A DNA stretch of 64,000 nt from the NCBI GenBank assembly GCA_043228905.1, contig JBHGNT010000011.1, positions 18,476,001 to 18,540,000 on the forward strand, read 5' to 3'. The position numbers and the translations under genes were made by a program. A model generated the notes under the pieces. That model was not told the DNA's origin and searched no databases. It saw nothing but the letters and a program-made list of their open reading frames with translations. How positions within the stretch are numbered: position 1 is the first letter of the stretch; every line of letters starts with the position of its first letter. Source of the stretch: Azolla caroliniana (lineage: Eukaryota > Plantae > Polypodiophyta). Positions 26,001 to 38,851 of this stretch are shown here, piece by piece.

Positions 26001-29000
26001 TTCGCTCTTTCCTTAATACATTGTGTCCTACTCATGTACGGTTTCCTAGATTGACACCTTATCCACTCATATGGTTGGGCTGCACAATAGCTACTTCTCA
26101 TTTTGGGGGCTATCACAAATTGTGCACTCTAAAAGTAGATATGGGGATAAATTGACAAGTTGGGGATGATCATTGATTATATCTAACAGATCTGATATCT
26201 ATTTTCATAATGCAATCTCCTTATCATCTGCAGCTAGATTTTGCATTTGATGATGCTGATATGATACAAGAAGGGACACTTTTTGCTATTATTGGACGTA
26301 AAGGTGTTGATGGTCGTGAATCTATCATAAAGGAGAAAGTAAGTTGCAACACAATTAGGATTCAGGGCCAATTCTGGCACGTCTTATATTTACTTTTGTT
26401 TTCTCCTCTCCAAATTAATTCGTTAGTTACATGTTTTCTTCCATTAAGGTCATTGCTCGATCTGCCAATCAATTTGTCTTCATTATAGATGAATCAAAGT
26501 TTGTTCAAGAGCTTAAGGGTGCCATTCCTGTTCTTATTAAGCAGGTTCATTGTCTGGATCCCATTCCTTTCTGTTTCATGTTTGCTGTTCTGAAAAATCG
26601 CTACCTTCAGATAAAATGATTAGTATATGATGATATTTTAAAGAATGCTAATGATGTGAATTTAGCCTTTTCCAAAGGCGTAGTACAATTTCATACATTG
26701 CATTTCTTCAAAAATGATCCTGAAGAATATGCCATGTTGGTTTTGGCACTTTTTCCTTTGCAGTGATAAGAAAATGTTCAATTATAAAGTTCATATTGAT
26801 ACATTCTGTTTGGTTTTAGGATAACTGGTTGGAAACTGCAGAGGAGATAGATGATTTGTTCTTAGGAGATGCTGAGGTAATTTTGTAATTAATACAAAGG
26901 AATGTACCTGAATTATATATTGTGTGCAATAGTGGCAATCGTAATCATATCTATGCTATCTGATATTGTTAAAATAATTTCTTTCTGTGAATTGCTTGTA
27001 GGTTTGGAGGCGGCCCTCATTTGGAGAAACTGGCCCTCTAGGTGGAGATTTCCCTCTTATAACCAAGGAGGGGCATTATGTGCTCGATGTATTGTTCACC
27101 TCAACAATTGTGAATCCATGTACGTCTTGTAAGACTGAGCAAAATAAGAATTTGTATGGATTATTTATGTATATAAGGAATAAGGGCGTGTGAGTTGTTC
27201 ATACAAGAGTAAAATTAAATTAACATTAGTGCTAAACCATGCTGGACTGTTGCCACCTGGGGTTGCAAAATGTTGCAGAAAGTCTCTTCGATATATCTGA
27301 AAGGCTGCTGGAAGATGCCTTCATCACGTACATTGGATCCTTGAATAACTAACCAAGACAGTAGACTCCAGAGAATCAATTCGAGTACATGAGAGATCCT
27401 AAAAGATTTACATGTCTGAAATATAAGTATATGTTATCCATGCACCTCACAAGGTTGAATGTTTTTCAATCTTGGCATGCACATCCTCTTGAAGGAACAA
27501 GTGTTGCTCATGCCTATGATGCACCTTCTAATTAGAATGGGTCTAAAGGGTAAAGCTGATGGTTAGATGAATTCCTGCTTCAAGTTGTAAGGTTTAAGAA
27601 AAAGCATGGTATTTGTGACACAAAGCAATTGAATTGCCTAAATTACAAATTCATTCTCGAAGAATAGTTTTCTGCATAGAAATAAAGTCCAGCATACCCA
27701 ACCAATATGTATATCAATCATCATTTGAGCTCTCATATAGCGAGGAATGTGAGAGCTCAAATGACCACTGATATTTATGTAGTAAAATTTGATAATTCTT
27801 TCTAATGCCTTTAATGAATTTATACTTTGAACTTTTTTTCCTTATAGGTCATTTTCTAAACTGCTAGGAACTCAAGGGTCAGATTCATTACTTATTACTA
27901 ATGCCATAGTCTCTGGGAACTTACAAGGTTCCCATGGTCTCTAGAACATTATTGACAATTATCTTGATATATCTCTATAATAAGAAAGCTTTTTTCTTCA
28001 CCCTCTATGAATTGAAGTTTGGACATTTATGAGGTGATATTGTCAACAGAGTCTAAAAGTTTATACCACCTCATCAATCCATATTATTTATTAGTTATTT
28101 ACATTAGAATAAAAACATTGTGATCGACAAAGATGGGAGTTAGAAAACATTTTCTGTGACCTTATGGGTAAATTTGGAAATATAACCATCTTTGGAGTGC
28201 ATAGGAATAGGAAGAGCATGCGATAGCATCTAGTTTAAATTATCCATGATTAGTCAGTAAGTTATTTAATTCTAGTAATGATATTCTTCTATACTGATAT
28301 TTGCATTCTTTACATTTTAATTTTTTTGAATTTATAGAATTGATATATCAAAGAGCATGCAATAGCATCTAGTTTAGATTATCCATGATTAGTCAGTAAG
28401 TTATTTAATTCTAGTAATGATATTCTTCTATACTGATATTTGCATTCTTTACATTTTTTTGAATTTATAGAATTGATATATCAATACTGGCTCACAATTT
28501 CTACACGTGGATATTTTGAAGTGAATGGCATGTGTAGCTCTTTAAATATATGAACCTTTTACCTACTATGTGGCACTGGTGTGAGTAGGGATGCAATAGC
28601 ATCTAGATTCTGGGTCATTTTTATGCATGAAGTGGTTGACATAATCTATGATCCTTGAGTTGGAAGTTAAAATTGCCACTGGCTGACTTGTGAATTCTAA
28701 TATTGACTCTCTGGCATTGTTACTCTTATGATTTGAATCATTTAATGTTTTTTCTCTCGACTATGGCTGAGTATTGCTTCTACAAATAGAATGTTTTTAC
28801 CGAAATTATGCCAATGACCTTATCTTTTTATATTCATGCAGCTGAAGTAGCAGAAAACTTGGAAGCTATAGATGGAGTTGTTGAACATGGTCTGATTCTT
28901 GAAGCAGCGTAAGTAGTAAACGTTAAAGGGTCAAATTATGCCAAAATTTTGTAACTGCTTGATCAAATATGCTTTGTAATCCCAGATATGCAGCAGCGGT

Positions 29001-29070
29001 GGCCAGTAGCGGTGGGGTAAAAATTAGAACATCATTATTCAGGAATGCTTTCACATCAATGGAACAGTAA
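14247..29070 (+). CDS. RPI4: Ribose-5-phosphate isomerase A family, RPI4-like, with predicted plastid transit peptide; 9 exons, 286 aa
   Basis: Exons are 14247-14381, 14902-15029, 16268-16337, 26234-26338, 26449-26544, 26820-26876, 27002-27119, 28842-28908 and 28986-29070. All introns are GT-AG and phases are consistent (861 nt). Motifs include [48 protein letters not shown] and IDGVVEHGL. Confidence 0.93.
14415..14770 (+). repeat. Degenerate telomere-like (T/C)AGGGTT / TTAGGG-rich tract in RPI4 intron 1
   Basis: There are many TAGGGT, CAGGGT and TTAGG words, e.g. TTAGGGTTTAGGGTTA at ~14695. Confidence 0.55.
15215..15535 (+). repeat. Dispersed repeat copy homologous to 22360-22695, with an LTR-like 5' end TGTTAGA
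   Basis: TGTTAGAAATATTGAGAAT...CACACCTTAG.GCTTAGATGGGAT...CTCCCTAGATACAAGCTAGTG is shared with 22360-22695. Confidence 0.8.
16688..19561. mobile_element. ~2.9 kb fold-back (long inverted repeat) with diverged ~1.45 kb arms and TG...CA ends
   Basis: Reverse-complement matches run along the whole length, e.g. 16700-16725/19525-19550, 17140-17220/19030-19110, 17578-17620/18660-18705 and 17845-17930/18355-18440. The apex is near 18150. Confidence 0.8.
20402..21471 (+). repeat. Two diverged ~135-bp direct repeats (20402-20539 and 21337-21471) flanking ~800 bp
   Basis: GAGCTTTTGTAACTAGG...GAGTTAAG.CTCTAGATATCCCA...TTTGTAATGAA occurs at both sites. Confidence 0.75.
21486..21800. repeat. Hexanucleotide microsatellite (TCCACA/TCCACG/GCCACA)n, ~52 units
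   Basis: Seen directly in the sequence. It explains the poly-ST, poly-VD, poly-GC and poly-WM ORFs. Confidence 0.97.
22360..26188. mobile_element. Putative solo LTR (TGTTAGA...TCTAACA, ~630 bp net) interrupted by the hAT fold-back
   Basis: There are 7-bp inverted termini at 22360 and 26182-26188, and the 5' part matches 15215-15535. No clean 5-bp TSD is present (GAT flanks both sides). Confidence 0.4.
22691..25890. mobile_element. Non-autonomous hAT-like DNA transposon as an inverted dimer (half copy on +, near-complete copy on -)
   Basis: Near-identical inverted arms lie at 22691-24120 and 24582-25890, with termini TAGTG(C/T)T...TTTTGAC. The arms encode a TTF-type zinc-finger fragment ([14 protein letters not shown]...CKWC). 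A third terminus-like sequence, GGGTGCTGGTTATGACGG, lies at 24121. Confidence 0.8.
27721..27764. other. Short hairpin with a 15-bp perfect stem in RPI4 intron 7
   Basis: TCATTTGAGCTCTCA ... TGAGAGCTCAAATGA. Confidence 0.7.
28213..28484. repeat. Recent ~135-140 bp tandem duplication in RPI4 intron 7
   Basis: AGAGCATGC.ATAGCATCTAGTTTA.ATTATCCATG...GAATTGATATATCAA occurs twice, nearly identical. Confidence 0.92.
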
Positions 29071-32000
29071 TATATGTACCTTTTGAAAGTTTCTATGTGC
29101 ATTTTTATTATCCTTGGCATTGCCTAGCAGCACTATTGCATGTGAAAGCATGATTTTTTTATAAATAAATGAGGTGCATCTGTTCAGGGTCCTGTCAGTC
29201 CGATCCACTTAAAGATAAATCCCATTGTAATACTCTCCATATTTTCGCAATCTGTAAGATGTAGAAGGGTTGCATTTCCCAAGAAGTCATGTATGTTTGT
29301 CCGAAAGTCATAATTGGGGATGGTGCACCTCGCACTTGGCTCACCATGTGGTGTGATATCCTTTCATCTGTTCTTTGGATGTATGACCTGATGAGAAAAT
29401 CCTTTTTGATCAGCAATGTCATGTTTTCTTATGTAAAGTCCACTTTGTGAGAGTAATGAGATCACATATATGTGCCGCAGATTTGGGATTTATGAATTGT
29501 CTCGATATATGTCAAGGAATTATTGTTGATGGTTTTCTGTCCAATTAGTCTTATGCTTGAAATTGCAGCAGTTTAGCCTCTTGATTGTTCTTCCTCCGAT
29601 AAGTCTTATGCTAAAAAATGTAGCAGTTTAACTTCTCTAATTTGGCCATATTTGTGCCAGCATTGTTCTCATGTTGTCTTTCTTGTATTTCTGATGATAG
29701 ACACCTTGATGGAATGGTTTGAGTAGATTGGGGATATCTTATGCACATTATACTTGCATAGTGTTAATGCAAGACAAGCTCTCAAGTTTTTGTATATTAG
29801 CAAATCTTGTGCATAGACTTTACATGAAAGGTCATATATTTGTGATGGAATAGCTGTATTAGGACAAATTTTGATTATGTTTTTCGAATTATGTAGTAGG
29901 AAGGATGATGGTTTCCAAGAAATGTATTAGAGTGCTAGCATATACAAAGATTATTTTATGTATATGTTTGGCCTTCACAAAAGGTACTTTGAAATCACGA
30001 GCTGACATTTCATTAACTGACATCCTATCCAACATGTTACGTATGATTTGATATGGGATTATTTATTGTATGCCCAATATCTATAATTGAATCGATTGAT
30101 TATTAGTGGATAGATGGATGGCATGAATGATGCAGTTCATGCATGTGACATTTGCTATTGTACGTTGTTTCTTGTGTGAGCCCCCCTCCATCTCAATGTG
30201 GCTTAGATTTATAGACTTGGAATTTGGAATCTTATTGCCTACCTTAAAAGTCCATGCTAAGTGATTTTGTCTCTTGTTAAAAATTGTATATTAACTCCAT
30301 ATCTGTAGTTGTACTAAAATAGATCGATACAACTACCATAATTTTAGATAGACTTTCCATTATACTTGATGGTTTGTTGTAGAATATCTTGAGTTCGATT
30401 AAAGCTACTCCACATCTTGTGAAATGGTAAAATATATCTAACTAAATGTTCCATCACTTAGGATTTTGTTCAAAATTTATTTAAATCTTTGCCATGAGGG
30501 TTTGATTCGTTTGATTCTTGATTTTGGCAATTCCCTTGATGTTTAAGGTTTCATAGATGAATATAGGCTGTACCTACCATTCAATCTACCACCATTCTTA
30601 GTGTGCCATTGACAATTGCATTTTTATATCCATTTGGGATACTAATATGTAGCGTATAGTTGTGTGTGCATACACACAAAGTTTTCTGCTCTCCCTCTCT
30701 AGGCTTGTATTCTCTCACTAACCCACATTTCTTTTATAGGGTTGAATTCCCCAATTGCACTAAATTATTAGACATGACCATGAGATGCGAGGATTGAATC
30801 TATGCATGTATGGTCTCTTTCTTTGTCTATATTTATTTCGGCATAGGAGTGGTTATAACACAATGCAAAATCCTTATGCAACTTGAACACTCAATACTAT
30901 GACCAAAAATTCTCTTGCAAATGCCATAGGCCATGCTTTTGATGTCCCGAAGATGTTAAAATGCAACCTTTATGGTAGATCATATTTGAACTTTGGGAGG
31001 ATATTAAAATCTATTTGTGTCTTTATCAACTTGGTGGTTTACACTGCAATATCAATGTCATAAAAATAGGAGAAGCCAAATTCAAATCTCACAGTGGGCA
31101 CAACCCCATTCTATTGATGACAATTGATGTCATGTACACACCTATCTATCTATTTTCCATTTAGGAATCATACCCATGTTGAGCATAAATGACTAATTCC
31201 AAATGTGAGGAACAAAGGGCCATACCTTTGACCTATTAGAGGAGAGCTATGTGAGGAGCCATAGGTCATGATGTTGGCCTCCAAAGCATGGCATCATATC
31301 ATCATCATCTCTCATAGGAATTTGTAGTTTTTCGACTTATGTGATATTTATTGTATATTGCCATTATATACTTGATCATGGTTCTAGTACATGCTGTGTT
31401 AAGATACTACTTATTTTTGTTTGTAAGAAATAGCATGGAATTGCCGAAAGGATGCTTTTATGTGCTCGTTGTAAGTGAAATATGATAAAGTAGGAAATAT
31501 AACAATGGAATGTAAAACTGAAATGTTGACTTCTCACTAGTGATGGGGAAGGCATGGGAAAAAGCCACTATCTCATTGGATTATGAAAAAGACAAAAACG
31601 TAGAGGCACACAAGACATTATATGAAATAATCTAGAAATAAAATATGAGTAAAACCAAATGAAGGTCAACTTGTTACATTATACCCTTGAAGAAGATAGT
31701 TTGATTTATTATTCAATCTATTAATGTTATGGTTGAAAATTTTCTTCATTGAAACCAATCGGGTGGTGAGGTCATAGCAATTGCATAATTGCCAATACTA
31801 ATTCGTTGCATCTGAAGATGACAATCAACATTACTTAAGTGAGAAAATGTTGTTGTCCAACATTACTTAACTTTGAAACTTTTGAGTAGTAACCTCTAAA
31901 GTTTTACGCACACAATCAAAATGTGAAGTTTGAGAATCGAATGTCAAAACATTATAAGTCATGATAACGGGATTGCTAGCATGCAATAAGGAAAGATCTC

Positions 32001-32989
32001 CCACTAATAGATTATACCTATTTCCACACACTCACAACAATAGAATAATAAAAATAATAATGAGGTGTGGATTCAAACTATCACCTTACGGGATGACAAG
32101 GGCGCTATAACTTAATTCTATTGTTATAAAAATGAGTTCGATGTATTATTAATGAAATTCAGTGGTTTTGGGATGTGTTGGATAATATCATAATCACAAT
32201 ATCCGTATACTTTTTCACTAAACTTCAATTTCGAAGTGAAAATAACTAAAATTTAATTGGTTGGTTAGAAACATGTTGTCAATGCATTTGTGGTTCTCTT
32301 AAGAAATTCACGATATTTTTCTTCATCTTATATGCAATTATTTAATATGTCCGGAAGAAACAATCGATGGTACAAGTGACATTTTCGTGGCCTTAAATTT
32401 CAATAAGTTTTCATACAAACAATCGATGCTATTGATTCTTTTCTTGGAAGTTTTTATACATCTCTAGTAGGTGAGAAAATTTCTTGAATGATCTATACAT
32501 ATGCTACCATATTGAAACAACCATACATATACTGACATAATGAAAACACAAAATTTGAAAGAAATATTGTAGGATTGTTTATTAAAATTATGTAATCCAA
32601 ATTGCTAAGTCAATAATCAATATTGTAGCTTTGTTTCATCAATATGATGCATATAAGGTAATAACAAAGGTATTTATAGAATATGCTAGTTGATCGAACT
32701 GAAATTTCTAAAAGTTTTTATCGTAAATAATATTTTGAAACATGAACGTGAAAAAACATCATATATTCGCTGAAATTTCTTATTGGGTGTAGTTTACCAA
32801 ATTGAATACATGTTCGATTAACTTGCTGGTTAAAACAATTACAAGTGGTGTTCACAAGCTTTCTAAAATGATCACAATAAACCTTAGAAAGTTGATAATC
32901 CCAAGATATTATTTAAGTTGAGGATTGAATGTAGTAGGCTACGTTAAGGTTTGACTAATTTGCATACTTTATTATGAACTTATGACCTT

Positions 32990-35900
32990 GTGGTTACGTT
33001 GTCGACCCAAAGTGCAACATTGTGACTTGTTTGTTTGGTCCCGTAAATTGCATGCACTTGTAAACATGAAACAATATATGTTGTCTCCACACCCCACTTG
33101 CTTGATCTAGGGACAGATAGTCATGTGGTTACCCTTGAATAGTCAATAAATACATTGTACAATGTTTATGTGATGGGTCGAAGTCTACAAAGTTGCCACT
33201 TGTTTTTGGAAGGATCCTTGTTGTGTACGAGAAGTCCACATAGATATAACACCTATTAACACTCCATAATCCTTAATCTTTTTATTAATTGTAAGTCTTC
33301 CATTGTCTCTTGATTCACTCCACTTTGATAATCACATATTTCATCAACATTTCCTTACTAGTCTTCTTTCACATATTGCAAATGATCATCCAAGTTCACA
33401 TGAAAGACTTTATCCAACAATACTACTTATCATAGAAATCTCATTATGTATATTCATAGCCACTATCCTATTAACGTGCTCCATCTTAAAGAGGTCTCCA
33501 CTTGTAAGTTTCATCTTTACATGGTGGTCACCAAAATCCACATAGAATAAGGCAATTCCTCAAATGCTTGGATATCCATGGATTGTCACTAAACATTTCT
33601 AACTTTATTGATTAGGTTTAACACACATTTGAGTCTCCATATCTTCACCAACCAGTTTGTGTACAAAATCTTTCAATGGCACCATAATACAATGTATCAT
33701 TAACAATATTTCTCTTTCTCTATTATCATGAACTATATTGATCCTCCTAAATCTAAACTGTAATGTTAATTTCTTGGATCGCGATGACATCATATGGTCT
33801 GCATGGGCACAAGAGTAGAATGCCATGCAACATTTATGCTTACTCCTACCTTGAGTTGGGATGGTTACAAACAAGCACAAACCTTCATGTTGTAAGGGTT
33901 TTACGTTGATGTGTTGAGTTACATTCATGAAGGTAGAATTCTAAGCTTCACATAAGTGACATCTTATCTTTTGTATGTTTTAGAATTTCTTGTTAAATTT
34001 CAACAATCTACTTTGGTTTTGATAGTATGTGCAATTTCCTTTTGGACATGTGACACTAGTTTGTCATAGTTAAGGAAAATGTCGTGTTTGTGTGTCTATG
34101 TGGATTAACCATCTCTAATTGACCATTCCAACATAATGTTCTTGTGATTCCTTGAGACACAAGCTATGTTTATAAAAGAGTACCCTAAACTATTGAGAAA
34201 CATATTGGATCATTGTGAAAAAGCTTAAGCTCTAGTTAAATTTAAGTGTTGCTAATACTTTCTCAACATGACATGGTTCAATTATAACAAAGGACAAACT
34301 TTTTTATTTTGACTAACCTTATAGTTCTCATAAATTTGTGTCCTTTTTTTTGCCATTTTTGACATCGTGAGATGCTTTCTCCCAAGGACATTAAAGCAAA
34401 ATAGGCAAATTTTGGTGGCTCTTTTTCCCATTTTGATATCGATATGATGCTTTGGCATCGGTGACTAGCCTTGCGAATGATTTTATAACAAAATTGTAAG
34501 GTGTCCAACCTGATTTGATTGTAGTGATTTGATCTTGAAGTAAGTCATATTCTCAATGTTTTTATTTGAGGGTTAAAAAACGATTATTTCATTCTATAAC
34601 CATATTAAAGTGTAAGGGAGAAACACGAAATAATACATTTATTCCTATGAACTAGCTTGAACAAAACTAACATGGGTTTTCTTGTTTAGCTCTTGCAACC
34701 GAAATTTCACATCGCAAAGATCACAATGTAAGTTCTCACTACCATGTCGGCAAACATGATGAGACGACTCGGTGTTGGTGACACTACCTATTTCTGTAAC
34801 CCGTGGGAATTCATGGGGGATGGTGAGTACTCCCCCATTGGATTTCCAATCATTATTCACATGATGTGTGTTAATGCAAGAAGTTAACATGTCTTGCCTA
34901 CTCTCTCGACCATGCAAAAATTGCTCCCCAAACTCATCCATTTTGAGATAGTGTGCAAATCCGCCCACACTAGTAAAGTTAATGTTGCTCGATGAAATGC
35001 CGATATGGTGCATTGGTATGCCTCGAAGTTGAATAGTTTGAAAGGGGTCCTACACAAGCCAACATAAACAATGAATTTGATTGAGCCCTAAAGATATACC
35101 ATCCTCTTCAATGTAGAGTAAAAGACCCATTATTACCATGGAGATGTCAATGGACCTAGACCTTTGATATCCAACATTTGATGCAGGAAGTGGGTCCATT
35201 TGCAAATTAGATATGTTTTTGGGTTCAAATGAAGGTGATGATGCTACCATGTTGTGGGCTTGAATCAAGCTTTTCACCCTCATGTCCATATTGTTTCTAG
35301 TGGCCATCTCATTGGATTTGCTCCTTATGTTTCCGCTATTCCACGAAATGCACGACTTTCTAGTGCCCTCTTTCTCATAAGCTAGAGAAGCTCGCCCTCG
35401 AGGAACCACTCTGACTAGTGGGCTTGACGTTGGCCTTCTTGATGGGTCATGTTGGCTTGTTTCACATTGTGTTATAAGAGAATGTTTCATCCCAGTTTGG
35501 GTCATAGAAGAAGAAGACGACGATATTGATGACTTTGACACAATCGATTTTCGTTTTGCTTCCACCTCTATGCAAGTTGCCTGTACACCTTGATGAGGTT
35601 TTGTCATGCTAGGGGAGTTGCTTCCAGAAGTTATGTTTCTTGATCTTCCCATTAGAGAAATGGAAGGGAGTTTGGATATAGTTTTGGGTAATGTTCTCGA
35701 GCTTTTCGATACTACAACATCCGAAGAGTTGCTCGCAATCAACTTAGGATTAGACATACCTAGTGTTTTGTAGGGATCTTTTGATATTCTAGTCGGTGTC
35801 ACATCGCGAGTTAGAGAACCCAATGAGGACATGATTGCACATTGTTTTGTTGGGCTTGTGGGCCGGCTAATGGACTTTGAACCCACCATTACTCTTTTGC

Positions 35901-37033
35901 TTGAAGTGTTTAAGTCGATCACACCGGACAAGGAAGCACCTGATGTGATCCGACATGATTTAAAGAGGTTCGTTGATCCATTAGCTCTTGAGGAGGGCTC
36001 TTCATCACAGGAGGGATTCACCAAGTACTGTATGATTTACCAAACAAGAACTCTTCATTTTATTAGAAGGCATTTGAGAAAACTGAGAGGAATACGAATC
36101 CATAACTTCCTTTTTATTTCCGAAGAAATGAGAGTTGATAACTTACACATGATTTTCTTGGGAGGTTATGTTGGACATTGAGTGAATGAGATTCGCAATC
36201 CTTTTCACGGGCCGGTGCGGACATCAACCTACAGGGCGAGAAATTTCAAAGCATGAGGATTAAATGGATCACACTGGTGCGCGAATCGCCGAGCAAAACT
36301 TAAATCATTGAATCGCCGAATGAAAGGAGGTTTCGATCGAATCATTTTAAAGGTGTATAAAAATGAAGAAAGATTTTGACTAGTACGAAGGATTGTTGTG
36401 ATCTTCGGGGTTTTCCGAAAGATCAATGAAGAAAACACACCCCTTAAACTGCCATTAGGATCAAGAGGTTTTGTAGAGGTGGGTATGGTGTGTGTTTGTT
36501 AGTAGTTACCAATCATAGTCATGCTCTCCCAACTCTAGTGTTGTCAAGAGATCCTCCTTCTCCTCAATGTAGCAGCTCCTGCCCAGCAGCACCTTCTTAC
36601 TACTGCCACAGCTTCTTCTATGTGACTCTATTGATGCTTCTAAAGGATCTTGACCTACCTGCCCACAAGCTGCAACCAAAGATTGCAGGAATATCAGCAA
36701 ATAATCAGGGTTAGGGTTTAGGGTTTACACATACACAAAACAGCAAAAAAGAAGACAAAGAAGAACCCCTATTCCAAACCCAAAATGCTATTTGGCTGCA
36801 GAGATTCATTTTTCAGATTGATGATGGGGATTACCGTCCAGATCATTGGCTGAACTCCCATTGGGCCCATGCGAATGGTATTTGCTGCAATTAGGGATGC
36901 TGGGATGGATGGCACTCATCTTCAACCTATTCTCATTCCCCTTGGGATGGTTAGCATTGACCTTGTGCATATCTTGAAACAGGGCAAGCTGGTCTACCTC
37001 TGATTCATCACTCTTGCATCTTCTTTGATGCAT
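32990..37033 (-). pseudogene. Decayed multi-exon coding sequence of unrecognised family (host pseudogene or TE-borne gene)
   Basis: A chain of minus-strand ORFs (37033-36806, 36700-36506, 36438-36229, 36024-35050, 35013-34645, 34508-34278, 33928-33605) has plausible splice sites (TAG|GACCCC at ~35049; GTTAGT donors at ~34670 and ~34318) plus internal stops and frameshifts. Confidence 0.4.
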
Positions 37034-38851
37034 GCTATGAAATTAATGTTGAGAGGACGAAGAGGAAGATTGATAGCAGAGATGGTGTAAATTGAAGATG
37101 AAAGATTGCAAACAGAGCTTTTTAAGGTTTGTTTAGAAATTAGATTCAAATGTGTTTGTGTGTATGCATGCATGTATGTATGTACTCATCCAATAGAAGT
37201 AGAACTAGAAAGGGAAGGAATTCTACTAACATTCCTGTTGCTAATCCTGCTGCTATCATGTGTTTATATATATATATATATATACATATGTGTGTGTAGT
37301 TTACCAAGTTACCACCAAATATAGATGGGTTTTTTTTATTATCATAGGAAACATACATAAAACATTTGTGGTGTGTTTTCATTCTCTTTATAATACAAAC
37401 AATTATATACATACATATAAATATAAAAAATATATATAATACACACACACACACACACACATACAAATAAACTCTAAATACCACACTAATCGTACATGCC
37501 ATTCCAATCCCCATGTCCCCTTCTTGCCTTGTATGTTGCCTGCCCCATAGGGCCCCCTAATTTTAGCGGAGGAGGGCCCGTGAAGGTTTGGGGCGGGGGA
37601 CCTTTTGTCGTGCCTCTTACAACACTTCTGTCTACTTCGTCCTCATTTTCTGGCTTAGATGAATACATTTACGTTTTGCGTCTTTTCTTGTCCTTTACAA
37701 ATCGGTCGAGTTTTCTTTCGCATGGATGAAAAAACTAACCGCGGAGCTTTGTTCTATAACTACTTGTCGGAGAATCCAATGTTTGATGATCATTGCGGTT
37801 CCTTATCAAAGCTGAAAATTGCCGAAGTACGACATTTCTCTTTCAGCTTTAGCTTCTAGTTTTTATTTTGTATGTCTCGCTAAAGTTATTGTGCATAACC
37901 TCAACTAAAAATACAAACAGATTTTGCAATGAGCATGTTTATATTAGAACACACCAGGAAACCCCTTGTCAACACATAACCTCTATGATATAGAGTACAA
38001 CCACATCATTGCTATGTTTTCATCTATATTGAAAGATAAAAATTTCAACAACATAAGCTTGTGAATCTATACCGATTGATTTGGTTTTCAAGACACAATT
38101 TGTTAAATGATCTAGGAAGGCATGATTTTCACAATGGGCTTTAACTACTTCATAATGTTGTTGTTTAATTGTCCATGGAATTGATGAAAGATTATGATAC
38201 AATTAAGACATGAAGAGAGAATCGTAAAGGCTTGAGCTTGAAAATTCAGACAATACTTGTTAAAACTTAGGATTGGCATTCTATTCATAAATTGTCCATC
38301 ATCACTCAAATAGCTTCTTCCCAAAGGACTAGTTTCCGCCGATTAGTTTATGGCCATCCCACTTGTCGGATTACTTTAGCACTCTTTTTATACCTATCAC
38401 CATACCTTTGAACACACATGTCGTAAAGATTATTAAAACACAACCGTCTTTAAGACAACACTATAACGTTTTCAGGTGGAAAACAAAAAAGTTATAACAA
38501 TTTACACCCTACAGATTCATCACATCGAATTGACGTGGATCACGAATGAGAGATAATTTAAACCTAGTCATAATACTTCGTTACATTTTTCTAATGGCAT
38601 CCGAGACTATCTATAGTTAAATTCAATATATGGTTTATTTAGCTATTCAACATAACCCATGCTTCAGGCCGGACGCTTGTGGTTCTGTTTTCCGTAAATG
38701 CGACCATTAGCGGGCGTCCACCAGAGTTGTGAAGCCTTTCCTTATATCACAAAAATGAAGTGAAGATTGTGCCAAATATAACACTACTTTTTAACTAATT
38801 TAACTACCACCACTAATTTAACTACATACTTCTGCTGCTGCTGCTGCTGCC

